Assembly: GCA_963844035.1 (NCBI GenBank)
Contig: CAWJMT010000009.1
Coordinates: 32,001-96,000, forward strand
From: an uncultured Gemmatimonadales bacterium
Lineage (GTDB): Bacteria > Gemmatimonadota > Gemmatimonadetes > Gemmatimonadales > GWC2-71-9
Length of the DNA stretch: 64,000 nucleotides
Direction: 5' to 3'
In this document: one piece after another, positions 63,213 to 64,000 of the stretch
How the letters are laid out: each line of letters opens with the position of its first letter
Numbering within the stretch: the first letter of the stretch is position 1
Notes under the pieces: generated by a model
What the model was told of the DNA's origin: nothing
Database searches by the model: none
What the model saw: only the letters and a program-made list of their open reading frames with translations
Made by a program: the position numbers and the translations under genes

Positions 63213-63235
63213 AAATTTCCTCTCGTGAGGCGGGA

Positions 63236-63296
63236 AACGTACACCGCGCCGCGCGCCGCGGTCAAGGTTGACTTTTCCACAGGCGGGTCATAGCTT
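63236..63296. promoter_or_regulatory. Back-to-back promoters for rpmH and dnaA with a DnaA box
   Basis: Plus strand TTGACT-17-TAGCTT containing TTTTCCACA (63273-63281); minus strand TTGACC-18-TACGTT. Confidence 0.6.
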
Positions 63297-63336
63297 CGCG
63301 CTGCCCTTCGAAACTCCCACCCTTATTTCAGCATCG

Positions 63337-64000
63337 ATGGAGCAGTCCACAAAAGAAGCTTGGAAGCGCCTGCTCGACGAGGCGCGCCGTGAACTACCCG
63401 ACGCGACGGTGCGGACGTGGCTCGAGCCTATTGAGCCGATCGCACTGGACGACGGTCGACTGCTCGTCGGCGCGCCCGATCAGTTCGCCGTGGAGTGGAA
63501 CGAGTCGAAACACGCCGGCGTGCTCGCGCGCGCCGCGGAGCGCGTTTTCGGCCGGCCCACCACCGTGGTGTTCCGCGTCCAGGAAGATCGCCAGCAGCGC
63601 CCGCAGATGGACTTCTTCGTCGCTCCGCGTGAAGCTGCCCGCGGGAACCGAGAAGCCATCCGCCGCCACGACGCCGCTCAACGAGCGCTACACGTTCCAG
63701 ACGTTCGTGATCGGCAAATCGAACGAGCTGGCCGCGGCCGCGGCGCACGCCGTCGCGGAAGCGCCCGGCAAGACCTACAACCCCCTGTTCATCTACGGCG
63801 CCACCGGCCTGGGCAAGACGCACCTGATGCAGGCGATCGCCCACGCCGTCCTGCAGCACAATCCCGGGACGCGGTTGCAGTACTTCGGCGCCGAGCAGTT
63901 CATCAACGAAGTGATCGAATCGATTCACGCCCGCACGATGTCGGAGTTCCGGCGGCGCTATCGCAACGACGTGGACCTCTTCCTGGTGGACGATGTGCAT
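63337..64000 (+). CDS. dnaA: Chromosomal replication initiator DnaA, partial, frameshift ~63640 (not in the ORF track)
   Basis: W...TWLEPI; LNERYTFQTFVIGKSN, YNPLFIYGATGLGKTHL, LFLVDDV. Confidence 0.96.
   Translation, partial: MEQSTKEAWKRLLDEARRELPDATVRTWLEPIEPIALDDGRLLVGAPDQFAVEWNESKHAGVLARAAERVFGRPTTVVFRVQEDRQQRPQMDFFVAPREAARGNREAIRRHDAAQRALHVPDVRDRQIERAGRGRGARRRGSARQDLQPPVHLRRHRPGQDAPDAGDRPRRPAAQSRDAVAVLRRRAVHQRSDRIDSRPHDVGVPAALSQRRGPLPGGRCA

Noticed and set aside
63213..63336. oriC in the rpmH-dnaA gap
   Set aside because: Only one clear DnaA box and no AT-rich unwinding element; the origin may lie downstream of dnaA, outside the window.

Overview
High-GC (roughly 68-70% by eye) bacterial chromosome segment. 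Gene content and synteny suggest Gemmatimonadota, which is an inference. From left to right: (i) 1-8.5 kb, minus strand: a cytochrome bd-like (CydA-type, no Q-loop) oxidase subunit with three c-type cytochromes, preceded by a putative maturation set (Mrp ATPase, Zn-ribbon protein, ferredoxin, double-USP protein, Ahb/NirJ-like radical SAM). Three of these proteins share four copies of the same small BchB-C-terminal-like (PCP_red) domain. (ii) greA, methyltransferase, ATP-grasp, NfuA-like, metE, cupredoxin. (iii) An accessory, partly decayed patch next to tRNA-Phe. (iv) A MacAB-like exporter followed by a PPIase/HupE/DUF3604 module. (v) A housekeeping block (upp, ECF sigma/anti-sigma, holA, mutS, CBS, ddl, rhomboid). 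(vi) 40.5-59.4 kb: a near-complete tetrahydromethanopterin/methylofuran C1-transfer and cofactor-biosynthesis cluster (fae, mtd, fhcBADC, mch, mptG, mfn-like genes) with unusual additions (CExxHGH PTPS, Tyr-less SDR, pterin dehydratase, pabAB). (vii) mnmE-yidC-yidD-rnpA-rpmH divergent from dnaA. About 30 small frameshifts, some in essential genes, look like long-read consensus errors rather than pseudogenes. A family of 4+4 inverted 7/8-mer repeats sits in-frame in several genes. All product calls come from motif recognition, not database searches.
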